Assembly (NCBI GenBank): GCA_041941765.1
Contig: CP145869.1
Coordinates: forward strand, 430,313 to 462,312
DNA length: 32,000 nucleotides
Origin: Candidatus Saccharimonadota bacterium
GTDB lineage: Bacteria > Pseudomonadota > Gammaproteobacteria > Enterobacterales > Enterobacteriaceae
Reading direction: 5' to 3'
Shown here in pieces: positions 18,948 through 31,963 of the stretch. The notes under the pieces were generated by a model. The model was not told the origin of the DNA and did no database searches. It saw nothing but the letters and a program-made list of their open reading frames with translations. Within the stretch, counting starts at the first letter, position 1. Each line of letters begins with the position of its first letter. The position numbers were made by a program, and so were the translations under genes.

Positions 18948-19100
18948 TTAGAAGGATAAATTTAATGACGTAGTTGCATGATATTTAAACCAAGCAATAG
19001 TTAATATTAATAATATTATTAATAGGATATAACCAATTTGTTTATAATTTAATAAAAAACTTATAACTGTAATAAATGCTATTAAAAATGGAAGACACAT
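18948..19100 (-). CDS. Candidate 50-aa two-helix membrane micro-protein (hypothetical)
   Basis: It is not in the ORF track (too short). The minus-strand ATG at 19100 is preceded by GGGAG with a 7-nt spacer, in otherwise AT-rich spacer. It translates MCLPFLIAFITVISFLLNYKQIGYILLIILLILTIAWFKYHATTSLNLSF. The TAA at 18950-18948 ends 15 nt before the start of the DsbB-like gene. I recognise no homolog. Confidence 0.3.
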   Translation of the reverse strand: MCLPFLIAFITVISFLLNYKQIGYILLIILLILTIAWFKYHATTSLNLSF

Positions 19101-19269
19101 AGTCTGGCTCCCGAGTGAAAATAATTATAGTCTCCAATATATATACTTTATAATAATGATTATGAACTTTTAAATGCAACTAAACCTATTTATTATATGA
19201 CAATTATTAGAACAATGCGATAGTTTTATAATATGAATAAAATTAACTATTTATTAATAATACTTTTAA

Positions 19270-19662
19270 ATGGATAAAAGCGTGAAAAATAAATCTAGAC
19301 CAGTTAATTTAAAGCTTACAACCATTTCCTTTCCAATCACAGCGATAATATCAATTTTTCAACGTATATCTGGAATGATTAATATCATTTCAATTGGAAT
19401 TCTTCTGAAATTATTAAATTTATCATTATCTTCCCCAGAAAATTTTACAAAAATAAAAAATTTTTTATCTACTTTTTTTATTAAAATAATAGTATGGTGT
19501 ATTTTAACGGTAATTATATATCATGTAATTGGAGGAATACGTCATATATTAATGGATTTCGGAGGGTTAGCTGAAACTCAAATTTCAGCTACTCGTTCAG
19601 CATATATAGTATTGATCTTTACTATTATATTTTCATTTATTCTTGGAGTATTTATATGGTAA
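19270..19662 (+). CDS. sdhC: Succinate dehydrogenase cytochrome b556 subunit
   Basis: SRPVNLKLTTISFPITAIISIFQRISG and HVIGGIRHILMDFG match E. coli SdhC (RPVNLDLQTIRFPITAIASILHRVSG...GIRHMMMDFG). Confidence 0.92.
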   Translation: MDKSVKNKSRPVNLKLTTISFPITAIISIFQRISGMINIISIGILLKLLNLSLSSPENFTKIKNFLSTFFIKIIVWCILTVIIYHVIGGIRHILMDFGGLAETQISATRSAYIVLIFTIIFSFILGVFIW

Positions 19663-20009
19663 AGAAAAATTATTTTTCTGCCCTAGGTTTTAATGGTATA
19701 TATGATTGGTTATTATTACGTATATCTGCAATAATAATTTTATTATATATATTATATATAGCCTTTTTTTTTCTTACTACAGATACTATTAATTATATGA
19801 CTTGGCATACTTTTTTTGCATCTACATTTACTAAAGGATTTACAATAATAGTTTTATTATCAACAGTTATTCATAGTTGGATTGGTATATGGCAAGTATT
19901 AACTGATTATATTAAGTCTTTAATATTACGTATAATATTACAATTGATACATTTTTTAATCTTATGCGCATATATTATATATGGAATCATTGTGGTATGG
20001 AGTGTGTAA
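19656..20009 (+). CDS. sdhD: Succinate dehydrogenase hydrophobic membrane anchor subunit
   Basis: FFASTFTKGFTIIVLLSTVIHSWIGIWQVLTDYIK and the ending VVWSV match E. coli SdhD. It overlaps sdhC by 7 nt. Confidence 0.92.
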   Translation: MVKKNYFSALGFNGIYDWLLLRISAIIILLYILYIAFFFLTTDTINYMTWHTFFASTFTKGFTIIVLLSTVIHSWIGIWQVLTDYIKSLILRIILQLIHFLILCAYIIYGIIVVWSV

Positions 20010-20012
20010 TTA

Positions 20013-21785
20013 ATGTTTTTTTCAACTCTCAAATTTGATGCAATTGTTATAGGTGCAGGTGGTGCGGGAATGCGTGCTGCTTTACAAATTTCCACTGCTG
20101 GATATTCTTGTGCACTGATTTCTAAAGTTTTTCCAACTCGATCACATACCGTCTCTGCTCAAGGTGGTATTACAGTTGCACTAGGTAATCAACATTCTGA
20201 TAATTGGGAATGGCATATGTATGATACCGTAAAAGGTTCTGATTATCTGGGTGATCAAAATGCAATTGAATATATGTGTAAAAATGGTCGCGAAGTAATT
20301 TTAGAACTAGAGCATATGGGATTACCTTTTTCACGTTCGTCTGATGGTAGAATTTATCAACGTCCATTTGGAGGTCAATCCACTCATTTTGGACGTAAAC
20401 AAGCTGCACGTACAGCTGCGGCTGCTGATCGTACTGGACATGCCTTATTACATACTCTTTATCAACAAAATATAAAAAATCAAACGAATATATTCTCTGA
20501 ATGGTATGCGTTAGATTTAGTGAAAAACCAAGACGATAAGATTGTAGGTTGTACTGCATTATGTATTGAAACTGGAGAAATAATATATTTTCAAGCATGT
20601 GCTACTATTTTAGCTACTGGAGGTGCCGGTAGAATTTATCACTCTACTACCAACGCTCACATAAATACTGGTGATGGTATAGGCATGGCATTACGCGCCG
20701 GAGTACCGGTTCAGGATATGGAAATGTGGCAATTTCATCCTACAGGTATCGCAGGAGTAGGTATATTAATAACTGAAGGTTGTAGAGGTGAGGGAGGATA
20801 TTTACTAAATAGTAATGGGGAACGTTTTATGGAACGTTATGCTCCTCAAAGTAAAGATTTGGCAGGACGTGATGTAGTAGCTAGATCAATTATGATTGAA
20901 ATTCTTGAAAAACGAGGTTTTGAGAATCCACATTGGGGTCCATATATTAAGTTGCAGTTACATCATTTAGGAAAAAAAATTTTAGAATCCCGTTTACCAG
21001 GTATTTTAGAATTAGCACGAACATTTGCACATGTAGATCCTTTTATAGAATCAATACCAGTGATTCCTACATGTCATTATATGATGGGGGGTATTCCCAC
21101 TAAAATTACAGGACAAGTGATAACAATTAATAAACAAGGTGAAGATGTAATTATTCCAGGACTTTTTGCTGTAGGTGAAACGGCATGTGTTTCAGTACAT
21201 GGTGCTAATCGTCTGGGTGGAAATTCTTTACTTGATCTAGTAGTTTTTGGACGTTCTATTGGTATACATCTCACTAAATCTCTTGAGGAACAAGGTACAT
21301 TACGGAGTGCTTCGGATGAAGACATTGCGTATTCATTAGAACGATTAAATCGTTGGAATAATAATTGTCATGATGGAGAAAATCCTATAGATATACGTAA
21401 AAAATTACAGGAATGCATGCAACAAAATTTTTCTGTATTTCGAGAAGGTAAAAATATGAAAAAAGGACTGGCACAACTAAAATTAATTCGTGAAAGTTTA
21501 AAAAATGCTTCTCTTTATGATAAATCTAAAAAATTTAATACTCAGCGTATCGAATGCTTAGAATTAGATAATCTAATGGAAACAGCTTATGTTACTGCTT
21601 TAGCAGCCCTTTTTAGAACGGAAAGTCGTGGAGCTCATACTCGTTATGATTTTCCTGAAAGAGATGATAAAAATTGGTTATGCCATACTTTATATTTACC
21701 TCAAAAAAATTCTATGATTTGTCGTAAAGTTAATATGCGTCCAATCATGCGGGATGCTTTTCCTCCTAAAATACGAACTTATTAA
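20013..21785 (+). CDS. sdhA: Succinate dehydrogenase flavoprotein subunit
   Basis: [18 protein letters not shown] (FAD fold), [14 protein letters not shown] (covalent FAD His), [52 protein letters not shown] end. Very high similarity to E. coli SdhA. Confidence 0.98.
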   Translation: MFFSTLKFDAIVIGAGGAGMRAALQISTAGYSCALISKVFPTRSHTVSAQGGITVALGNQHSDNWEWHMYDTVKGSDYLGDQNAIEYMCKNGREVILELEHMGLPFSRSSDGRIYQRPFGGQSTHFGRKQAARTAAAADRTGHALLHTLYQQNIKNQTNIFSEWYALDLVKNQDDKIVGCTALCIETGEIIYFQACATILATGGAGRIYHSTTNAHINTGDGIGMALRAGVPVQDMEMWQFHPTGIAGVGILITEGCRGEGGYLLNSNGERFMERYAPQSKDLAGRDVVARSIMIEILEKRGFENPHWGPYIKLQLHHLGKKILESRLPGILELARTFAHVDPFIESIPVIPTCHYMMGGIPTKITGQVITINKQGEDVIIPGLFAVGETACVSVHGANRLGGNSLLDLVVFGRSIGIHLTKSLEEQGTLRSASDEDIAYSLERLNRWNNNCHDGENPIDIRKKLQECMQQNFSVFREGKNMKKGLAQLKLIRESLKNASLYDKSKKFNTQRIECLELDNLMETAYVTALAALFRTESRGAHTRYDFPERDDKNWLCHTLYLPQKNSMICRKVNMRPIMRDAFPPKIRTY

Positions 21786-21788
21786 AAA

Positions 21789-22514
21789 ATGAAATTAACT
21801 TTTTCTATTTACCGTTATAATAGTGATACTGATAAAGTACCATACATGCAAGATTATGTTTTAACTATAGATAATAATCATCTAAATATGGTATTGTTAG
21901 ATGCTTTATTACTTATAAAAGAGAAAGATCCAAGCTTAGCATTTCGTCGATCGTGTAGAGAAGGAGTATGTGGTTCAGATGGATTAAATATCAATGGTCA
22001 AAATGGTTTAGCATGTATTACTCCCATTTCGAAATTAATTCATCGTAATCAAAAGAAACCCATTATTATCCGTCCATTACCAGGACTTCCTATAATTCGT
22101 GATTTAATTGTAGATCTGGAACCATTTTATGTTCAATATAAAAAAATTAAACCTTATCTTTTAAATGAAAATCCCCCTCCAACAGGAGAATACTTGCAAA
22201 CTCCTATACAACGTGAAAAATTAGATGGTTTATATGAATGCATTTTATGTGCTTGTTGCTCTACATCATGTCCATCATTTTGGTGGAATCCAACTAAATT
22301 TATTGGTCCAGCTGGTTTATTAACTGCTTACCGTTTTTTGGTAGATAATCGAGATACGGCAAAAAAAAATCGATTGGATGATCTTAAGGATGCATTTAGC
22401 GTATTTCGTTGTCATAGTATTATGAACTGTGTCAGGGTTTGTCCAAAAAAATTAAATCCTACTGAAGCAATTCATAAAATTAAATTAATGTTATTAAAAA
22501 ATCTAATAAATTAA
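21789..22514 (+). CDS. sdhB: Succinate dehydrogenase iron-sulfur subunit
   Basis: FRRSCREGVCGSDGLNINGQNGLAC (2Fe-2S), YECILCACCSTSCPSFWWN (4Fe-4S), FRCHSIMNCVRVCPKKLNP (3Fe-4S). Confidence 0.97.
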   Translation: MKLTFSIYRYNSDTDKVPYMQDYVLTIDNNHLNMVLLDALLLIKEKDPSLAFRRSCREGVCGSDGLNINGQNGLACITPISKLIHRNQKKPIIIRPLPGLPIIRDLIVDLEPFYVQYKKIKPYLLNENPPPTGEYLQTPIQREKLDGLYECILCACCSTSCPSFWWNPTKFIGPAGLLTAYRFLVDNRDTAKKNRLDDLKDAFSVFRCHSIMNCVRVCPKKLNPTEAIHKIKLMLLKNLIN

Positions 22515-22527
22515 CTAAGGATTTATA

Positions 22528-25308
22528 ATGCATGAAAATAATACTCTGAAGTATTGGTTGGATACCTCTTGGATAACTAGTATAAATCAATTATGGATAG
22601 AGGAACTTTATGATAAGTTTATTAATGATCCTAAATCCATTGATGATAAATGGCGTTTCATATTTCAAGAATTTACTAATACATCTTTTTCACAGCCACA
22701 TTTTACGCAAACTTATTCTAAAAAAAAAACTACTGCTTTGAATATTTTAAAACATATTAAAGTAGTTCAGTTAATTGAAGCTTTTCGTTCGTTTGGTCAT
22801 AATAATGCTAATTTAGATCCTTTGGGTTTATGTACAAAAAGTAGTTTTCCTGATCTTGATTTATCATTCTATGGATTTACTCAAACCGATTTAAATAGCA
22901 CTATTAATTTTGATATTAACTCAGGTTATTTTAGTAATAATCAAAATGAAATAAGTTTATTAAAACTGTACGAAATTATGAGAAAAGTATACTGTAGTTC
23001 AATTGGTGTTGAATATATGCATATTTCTAATGTAGATGAAAAACGCTGGATTCAGCATTATATTGAATCAGTACAAGGTAATTTTATATTTAGTACTCTC
23101 GAAAAAAAAACCTTTTTACAAGATCTAATAGCAGCAGAAGAATTGGAACATTATTTAGGTCGTAAATTTCCTGGAGCTAAACGTTTCTCATTAGAAGGAG
23201 GAGACGTATTAATTCCCATGTTAAAAGAAATTATTAGATATTCAGCTCAAAATAATGTAACTGACATAATATTAGGCATGGCACATCGTGGTAGACTTAA
23301 TGTGTTAATAAATGTTTTTGGAAAAAAAACACAAGAGTTATTGGATGAATTTTCTGGAAAATATAAACTACTATCAGGAATGACTGGAGATGTAAAATAT
23401 CACATGGGTTACGCTTCGAATTTTGTAAGTCAACTAGGTAGAGTGTATCTGCAATTAGCTTTTAATCCATCTCACTTAGAAATTGTTAATCCAGTAGTTA
23501 TGGGATCAGTTCGGGCAAAATTAGACCATTATCGTTTAACTGAACCTAAAACTAATAAAGTATTACCAATTACAATACATGGAGATGCTGCTGTTATAGC
23601 CCAAGGTGTTATGCAGGAAACTTTAAATTTATCAGAAGTAAGAGGTTATGAAACGGGAGGTTCGGTACGTATAGTTATCAATAATCAAATTGGTTTCACT
23701 ACTTCTAATTTGAATGATGCACGTTCTACACAGTATTGTACTGATATTGGCAAAATGATACAAGTTCCTATATTTCATGTTAATTGTGATGATATCGAAG
23801 CAGTAATTTTTGTCACACGTTTAGCATTAGATTTTCGTAATCGTTTTAAACGAGATGTTTTTATCGATTTAGTATGTTATCGTCGTCATGGTCATAATGA
23901 AGCTGATGAACCATCTGTAACACAGCCGATTATGTATAAAACTATCAAAAAACATCCTTCAAGTCGTCAACTCTATCTTAATCAATTAATTCAGAAAAAA
24001 GTAATATCTGAAAATGAATGTCAATATATGACTAATGAATATTGTAATGTTTTATTACAAGGCACATGTGTAGTTAAAGAAGTCGAACAAAACTTGTCTA
24101 ACCTTAATCATCATAAAAATTTTTGTTTGGATGAAAAGTACTCATGGCCTATTGAAATACAGCAACTTCAAAAATTAGCAAGTATTATAAGTTACATACC
24201 TCCATCAGTCAAAATGCAGTCATTGGTATCAAAAATTTATCGTGATAGAATGGAAATGGCGATAGGAAATAAAAAATTAGATTGGGGGAGTGCAGAAATT
24301 TTATCTTATGCTACTTTACTTAATAATGGAATTTCTATTCGTTTATCTGGTGAAGATATTTGTCGAGGCACATTTTTTCATCGACATGCAGTAATTTATA
24401 ATCAGATTAATGGTTGTACCTATATCCCTTTGCAACATATTCATGAAAAACAAGGAATTTTTCAAATATGGGATTCTGTACTTTCAGAATTAGCTGTTTT
24501 AGCATTTGAATATGGTTATGCAACAACAACTAATAAACCAACTCTAACTATATGGGAAGCACAATTTGGTGATTTTGCTAATGGAGCACAAGTGGTGATA
24601 GATCAATTTATTAGTTCGGGAGAAAAAAAATGGGGTGTTAAATGTAATTTAGTTTTATTATTACCACATGGTTATGAAGGACAAGGACCGGAACATTCAT
24701 CCGCACGTTTAGAACGATATCTTCAGTTATGTGCTGAAAACAATATGCAGGTTTGTGTTCCTTCTACACCGGCACAAATCTATAATTTACTACGACGTCA
24801 GGCTCTTTCTTGTATTAAGATTCCATTAATAATAATATCACCCAAATCATTATTACGTCATCATTTAGCTACTTCAACTATGAACGAATTAGCTAATGGT
24901 GTTTTTCAATGTATTCTTGGAGAAAGTGATCAAATTAATCTATTAGAAGTAAAACGTATAATTTTTTGTTCGGGAAAAATATATTATGAATTACTTGAAC
25001 AACGTCGTAAAAATCGACAGACAGATATTATGGTTCTACGTATAGAACAACTATATCCATTTCCTAATGAAATGCTCAAAAACATGTTACAAGATTATTC
25101 ACATGTTAAAGATTTTATCTGGTGCCAAGAAGAACCAATGAATCAAGGAGCATGGTCTTATATTCAACCTTATATTTTATCAGTATTACCATCAGGAGCT
25201 TGTCTGCATTATGCTGGACGTATGGCCGCTGCATCAACAGCAGTGGGTCATATATCTGTTCATCAAAAACAACAACAAACAATTATTAATAATGCTTTAA
25301 ATATTTAG
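22528..25308 (+). CDS. sucA: 2-oxoglutarate dehydrogenase E1 component
   Basis: 926 aa. [126 protein letters not shown]. Collinear with E. coli SucA. Confidence 0.97.
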   Translation: MHENNTLKYWLDTSWITSINQLWIEELYDKFINDPKSIDDKWRFIFQEFTNTSFSQPHFTQTYSKKKTTALNILKHIKVVQLIEAFRSFGHNNANLDPLGLCTKSSFPDLDLSFYGFTQTDLNSTINFDINSGYFSNNQNEISLLKLYEIMRKVYCSSIGVEYMHISNVDEKRWIQHYIESVQGNFIFSTLEKKTFLQDLIAAEELEHYLGRKFPGAKRFSLEGGDVLIPMLKEIIRYSAQNNVTDIILGMAHRGRLNVLINVFGKKTQELLDEFSGKYKLLSGMTGDVKYHMGYASNFVSQLGRVYLQLAFNPSHLEIVNPVVMGSVRAKLDHYRLTEPKTNKVLPITIHGDAAVIAQGVMQETLNLSEVRGYETGGSVRIVINNQIGFTTSNLNDARSTQYCTDIGKMIQVPIFHVNCDDIEAVIFVTRLALDFRNRFKRDVFIDLVCYRRHGHNEADEPSVTQPIMYKTIKKHPSSRQLYLNQLIQKKVISENECQYMTNEYCNVLLQGTCVVKEVEQNLSNLNHHKNFCLDEKYSWPIEIQQLQKLASIISYIPPSVKMQSLVSKIYRDRMEMAIGNKKLDWGSAEILSYATLLNNGISIRLSGEDICRGTFFHRHAVIYNQINGCTYIPLQHIHEKQGIFQIWDSVLSELAVLAFEYGYATTTNKPTLTIWEAQFGDFANGAQVVIDQFISSGEKKWGVKCNLVLLLPHGYEGQGPEHSSARLERYLQLCAENNMQVCVPSTPAQIYNLLRRQALSCIKIPLIIISPKSLLRHHLATSTMNELANGVFQCILGESDQINLLEVKRIIFCSGKIYYELLEQRRKNRQTDIMVLRIEQLYPFPNEMLKNMLQDYSHVKDFIWCQEEPMNQGAWSYIQPYILSVLPSGACLHYAGRMAAASTAVGHISVHQKQQQTIINNALNI

Positions 25309-25327
25309 AAAGAAGGATAGAAGATCC

Positions 25328-26572
25328 ATGATGAATTTTTACGACATTTTAGTACCAGATTTACCTGAATCGGTTATGGATGCAACTATTTTAACTTGGC
25401 ATAAGAAAATTGGTGATGTTATTTATGCTAATGAAATTTTAGTTGAAATTGAAACTGATAAAGTAGTTTTAGAAATTCCAGCTCCAAGTAGTGGAATTTT
25501 AATGGCCATCTTGGAAAAGGAAGGTGCTATTGTTACTTCTAAACAGATTATAGGACAATATAATAAAGAAGTGAATAGCCAAGATCCACTTAATAATAAA
25601 AAAATTGATAATAGTCAAAAATTATCGTTAACCAATTCTAAATCAGCCAAAGATAATAATAGTTCATTACTTACTCCAAGTGTTCGTCGTATAGTTAATA
25701 AATATAATTTAGAACCTTTAAATATTCCTGCCACAGGAAAAAGTGGTCGTATTACTAAATTAGATGTAGAAAATTATTTAGAACATATAAATTATATACA
25801 AACACCAGATATTAAAACTACTACACAAAATGTCACTACTACAACACCAGAAGAAAAAATACTTATCAATAAAAAAAATGAAACAAGTGTTCCGATGACA
25901 CGTATTCGTAAACGCATTGCAGAACGTTTACTAGAAACTAAACATCACACTGCTATGTTAACTACTTTTAATGAAGTAAATATGAAACCTATTATAGATT
26001 TACGTAAGCAGTATAGTGAACTTTTTGAAAAAATTCATGGTATACGTTTAGGTTTTATGTCTTTTTATGTTAAAGCAGTAATAGAAAGCTTAAAACGTTT
26101 TCCAGAAATCAATGCTTATATTGATGGAGACAATATTATATATCATCATTATTATGATATTAGTATTGCTGTATCTACACCTCGTGGTTTAGTAACACCA
26201 GTTTTACAGAATGCAGAATTAATGAGTATACCAGAAATAGAGAAAAATATTAAATCAATGGCTATTAAAGCAAGGGATGGAAAATTAAAAGTAGATGATC
26301 TCATGGGAGGTACTTTTACGATTAGTAATGGAGGAATTTTTGGTTCTTTATTATCTACACCAATAATAAATCCTCCACAAAGTGCTATCTTAGGCATGCA
26401 TGTTATTAAAGAAAGACCAGTTGCAATACAAGGTAAGGTAGTAATTTTACCAATGATGTATCTAGCACTTTCTTATGATCATCGATTAATTGATGGCCGT
26501 GAATCAATTAGTTTTTTATTATGTCTTAAAGAAAGTTTAGAAGATCCTACACGTTTACTACTAGAAATCTAA
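25328..26572 (+). CDS. sucB: Dihydrolipoyllysine-residue succinyltransferase (E2 of 2-oxoglutarate dehydrogenase)
   Basis: Lipoyl domain ([18 protein letters not shown]), E3-binding domain ([14 protein letters not shown]...[11 protein letters not shown]) and catalytic domain ([13 protein letters not shown]). Either ATG of the MM start (25328 or 25331) is possible. AGAAGGA lies upstream. Confidence 0.96.
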   Translation: MMNFYDILVPDLPESVMDATILTWHKKIGDVIYANEILVEIETDKVVLEIPAPSSGILMAILEKEGAIVTSKQIIGQYNKEVNSQDPLNNKKIDNSQKLSLTNSKSAKDNNSSLLTPSVRRIVNKYNLEPLNIPATGKSGRITKLDVENYLEHINYIQTPDIKTTTQNVTTTTPEEKILINKKNETSVPMTRIRKRIAERLLETKHHTAMLTTFNEVNMKPIIDLRKQYSELFEKIHGIRLGFMSFYVKAVIESLKRFPEINAYIDGDNIIYHHYYDISIAVSTPRGLVTPVLQNAELMSIPEIEKNIKSMAIKARDGKLKVDDLMGGTFTISNGGIFGSLLSTPIINPPQSAILGMHVIKERPVAIQGKVVILPMMYLALSYDHRLIDGRESISFLLCLKESLEDPTRLLLEI

Positions 26573-26612
26573 AATAGATTTAAGAAATTAATTTGCATGG
26601 ATAATAAAAAAT

Positions 26613-27782
26613 ATGAACTTACATGAATATCAGGCCAAAAAATTATTACTAAAATACGGTTTGCCAATTCCAGTTGGTTATGTATGTACTAATGCTGATG
26701 AAGCTATAAAATTAGCTACTAAAAATCTTGGAAAAGCACCCTGGGTTGCTAAATGTCAAATTCATGCGGGAGGCCGTGGAAAAGCTGGCGGAGTAAAAAT
26801 TATAACAAATATAAATGATCTAAAAATTTTTACAGAACAGTGGTTTGGTTCTCGTTTGAAAACATATCAAACGACTGAATCTGGACAACCAGTTAATCAA
26901 ATACTTATTGAAGTTGCTACTTCAATTTATCAAGAATTATATTTTTCAGTTGTACTTGATCGTAATGAATCTTGTATTACAGTTATAACTTCTACTGAAG
27001 GAGGCATGAATATTGAAAAAATAGCTAAAGAAACACCACATTTATTGCACAAAATTATCATTGATCCTATTATAGGTGCACAACCTTTTCAAGCACGTAG
27101 TCTTGCATTTAAAATAGGGCTTACAGGTAATTTAATTATACAATTTATAAATCTTTTTATGAAATTAGTAAAATTATTTATTGAATGTGATTTGCTTTTG
27201 GCTGAAATTAATCCTTTAGTAATAACTACTGAAAAGAATTTGCTTTGTCTAGATGCTAAATTTATTTTAGATAGTAATGCTTTATTTAGACAATTAGAAC
27301 TTGCTAATGAAAAAGATCTTAAGCAAGAAGATCCTATTGAAGCTTATGCTGCACAATGGGAACTAAATTATGTAGCTTTAAATGGTAATATAGGTTGTAT
27401 GGTAAATGGTGCTGGCTTAGCTATGGCTACTATGGATCTTATTAAACTTCATGGAGGGGAAGCTGCTAATTTTTTAGATGTTGGAGGTGCAATAACTAAA
27501 GAACGAGTTACTGAAGCTTTTAAAATAATTTTATCTGATCCTAAAGTACAAGCAATATTAATAAATATTTTTGGAGGTATTGTAAGCTGTGATTTAATTG
27601 CTGAAGGAATTATAAAAGCAGTATCCGAAGTTGCAATAAAAATACCTGTAGTAGTTCGTTTAGAAGGAAATCATGCAAAGATTGGTGCCAACAAAATTTT
27701 ACATAGTAATATGAGTATTATAGTAACTTCTAATTTAAGTGAAGCAATTAAATTAGTTATTTCAGCAGCTACTAATAAATAA
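26613..27782 (+). CDS. sucC: Succinate--CoA ligase [ADP-forming] subunit beta
   Basis: [47 protein letters not shown] and [17 protein letters not shown] match E. coli SucC. Confidence 0.97.
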   Translation: MNLHEYQAKKLLLKYGLPIPVGYVCTNADEAIKLATKNLGKAPWVAKCQIHAGGRGKAGGVKIITNINDLKIFTEQWFGSRLKTYQTTESGQPVNQILIEVATSIYQELYFSVVLDRNESCITVITSTEGGMNIEKIAKETPHLLHKIIIDPIIGAQPFQARSLAFKIGLTGNLIIQFINLFMKLVKLFIECDLLLAEINPLVITTEKNLLCLDAKFILDSNALFRQLELANEKDLKQEDPIEAYAAQWELNYVALNGNIGCMVNGAGLAMATMDLIKLHGGEAANFLDVGGAITKERVTEAFKIILSDPKVQAILINIFGGIVSCDLIAEGIIKAVSEVAIKIPVVVRLEGNHAKIGANKILHSNMSIIVTSNLSEAIKLVISAATNK

Positions 27783-27851
27783 CATTTTTATAAAACTCAA
27801 GCCTTTTATTGAAAATTCTATATAAACTAAACAACTGTGAAATAAATAATT

Positions 27852-28721
27852 ATGTCAATTTTAATTAATAAAAATACTAAAGTAATTTGTCAAGGAATAA
27901 CAGGTTATCAAGGAACAATACATTGTTCCCATGCTCTTGCTTATGGTACCAAAATGGTAGGAGGAGTTACACCAGGTAAAGGTGGAAAATCACATTTAGG
28001 TTTGCCTATTTTTAATACTGTATCTGAAGCTGTCCAAAAAACAGGAGCTACAGCTTCTGTTATATATGTACCAGCTCAATTTTGTAAAGATAGTATATTA
28101 GAAGCTATTGACAGTGGTATAAATTTAATAATTACAATTACTGAAGGTATTCCGGTTCATGATATGTTAATAATTAAAAAAAAACTACAGCAAACTAATA
28201 TATGTATGATTGGTCCAAATTGTCCGGGAATTATTACTCCAGGACAGTGTAAAATAGGTATTATGCCAAGTGAAATTCACCAATCTGGATTCATAGGTAT
28301 TGTATCTCGATCTGGTACTTTAACTTACGAAGTTGTTAAACAAATTACTGATGCTGGATATGGTCAATCTACTTGTGTAGGTATAGGAGGTGATCCTATT
28401 TCTGGAACTGATTTTACATTTATTTTAAGGCTTTTTGAAAATGATCCAGAAACTAAAATAATGGTAATGATTGGTGAAATTGGAGGAATTGCTGAAGAAC
28501 AAGCATCGGAATATATTAAAAAAAATATAACTAAACCTGTTATAGCTTATATTGCTGGTATAACAGCACCTCAAGGTAAACGGATGGGTCATGCTGGAGC
28601 TATTATATCTAATAATGGTCAAGGTAACGCATCTGCAAAAATTGATGTACTTGAAAAAGCAGGAGTAATTGCTATTCGTAATCTTACCAAGATAAGTGAA
28701 ATTATAAAAAAACTTCTTTAA
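27852..28721 (+). CDS. sucD: Succinate--CoA ligase [ADP-forming] subunit alpha
   Basis: [40 protein letters not shown] and the phosphohistidine loop [11 protein letters not shown]. Same length (289 aa) as E. coli SucD. Confidence 0.97.
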   Translation: MSILINKNTKVICQGITGYQGTIHCSHALAYGTKMVGGVTPGKGGKSHLGLPIFNTVSEAVQKTGATASVIYVPAQFCKDSILEAIDSGINLIITITEGIPVHDMLIIKKKLQQTNICMIGPNCPGIITPGQCKIGIMPSEIHQSGFIGIVSRSGTLTYEVVKQITDAGYGQSTCVGIGGDPISGTDFTFILRLFENDPETKIMVMIGEIGGIAEEQASEYIKKNITKPVIAYIAGITAPQGKRMGHAGAIISNNGQGNASAKIDVLEKAGVIAIRNLTKISEIIKKLL

Positions 28722-28735
28722 AAACATTATGAATG

Positions 28736-28810
28736 CGGTGTGGACGGGATTTGAACCCGCGACCCCCGGCGTGACAGGCCGGTATTCTAACCAAACTGAA
28801 CTACCACACC
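28736..28810 (-). tRNA. aspT: tRNA-Asp (anticodon GUC)
   Basis: The reverse complement GGTGTGGTAGTTCAGTTTGGTTAGAATACCGGCCTGTCACGCCGGGGGTCGCGGGTTCAAATCCCGTCCACACCG has anticodon loop CTGTCAC. It closely matches E. coli tRNA-Asp and lies distal to 5S, as in several E. coli rrn operons. No CCA is encoded. Confidence 0.92.
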
Positions 28811-28840
28811 TTTTTTTTAGATTATTTATTATAACAAACA

Positions 28841-28960
28841 AACCAGACAGTTACCTGCTCTCACACGAAAAAACTTTCGTACTACCCTAGGCGCTACGAC
28901 ATTTCACTTCTGAGTTCGGAATGGTATCAGGTGGTACTATCGCGCTTAAACCGTCTGGTT
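28841..28960 (-). rRNA. rrf: 5S ribosomal RNA
   Basis: The reverse complement AACCAGACGG...CCGAACTCAGAAGTGAAATGTCGTAGCGCC...GAGAGCAGGTAACTGTCTGGTT aligns with E. coli 5S. The terminal helix I (AACCAGAC/GTCTGGTT) defines the ends at about 120 nt. Confidence 0.92.
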
Positions 28961-28990
28961 TTTCTTATTAAAGAACATTTCTGGTGTTAT

Positions 28991-31915
<2,925 letters not shown>

Positions 31916-31963
31916 CCATAACCCACAAATGTCTTTATTTTTAAATTTTTAAAGAACAACAAC

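Noticed and set aside
19101-19269. Small GC-rich patch (GGCTCCCGAG) and an AGTCT direct repeat in the sdhC upstream spacer, as a possible regulatory palindrome
   Set aside because: CTCCCGAG is not self-complementary and no convincing hairpin forms. The patch is better explained as the SD (GGGAG) of the minus-strand micro-ORF.
20170-20598. 142-aa antisense ORF inside sdhA, unusually long for an AT-rich genome
   Set aside because: The opposite strand encodes one of the most conserved parts of SdhA. The antisense product is Q/Y/L-rich low-complexity sequence with no motifs, SD or homolog I recognise. It is a frame artefact of codon-biased sense sequence.
1644-26397. Other short antisense or overlapping ORFs from the track (1644-1835, 3974-4174, 8978-9238, 9456-9764, 12513-12770, 15154-15339, 17924-18172, 19907-20095, 21077-21325, 26152-26397)
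   Set aside because: Each lies wholly within, or mostly antisense to, a strongly supported conserved gene. All are 61-102 aa and have no recognisable motifs.
28425-28841. 138-aa minus-strand ORF overlapping the sucD 3' end
   Set aside because: It begins next to 5S rRNA, reads through tRNA-Asp, then runs antisense to conserved sucD. It is not a plausible protein.
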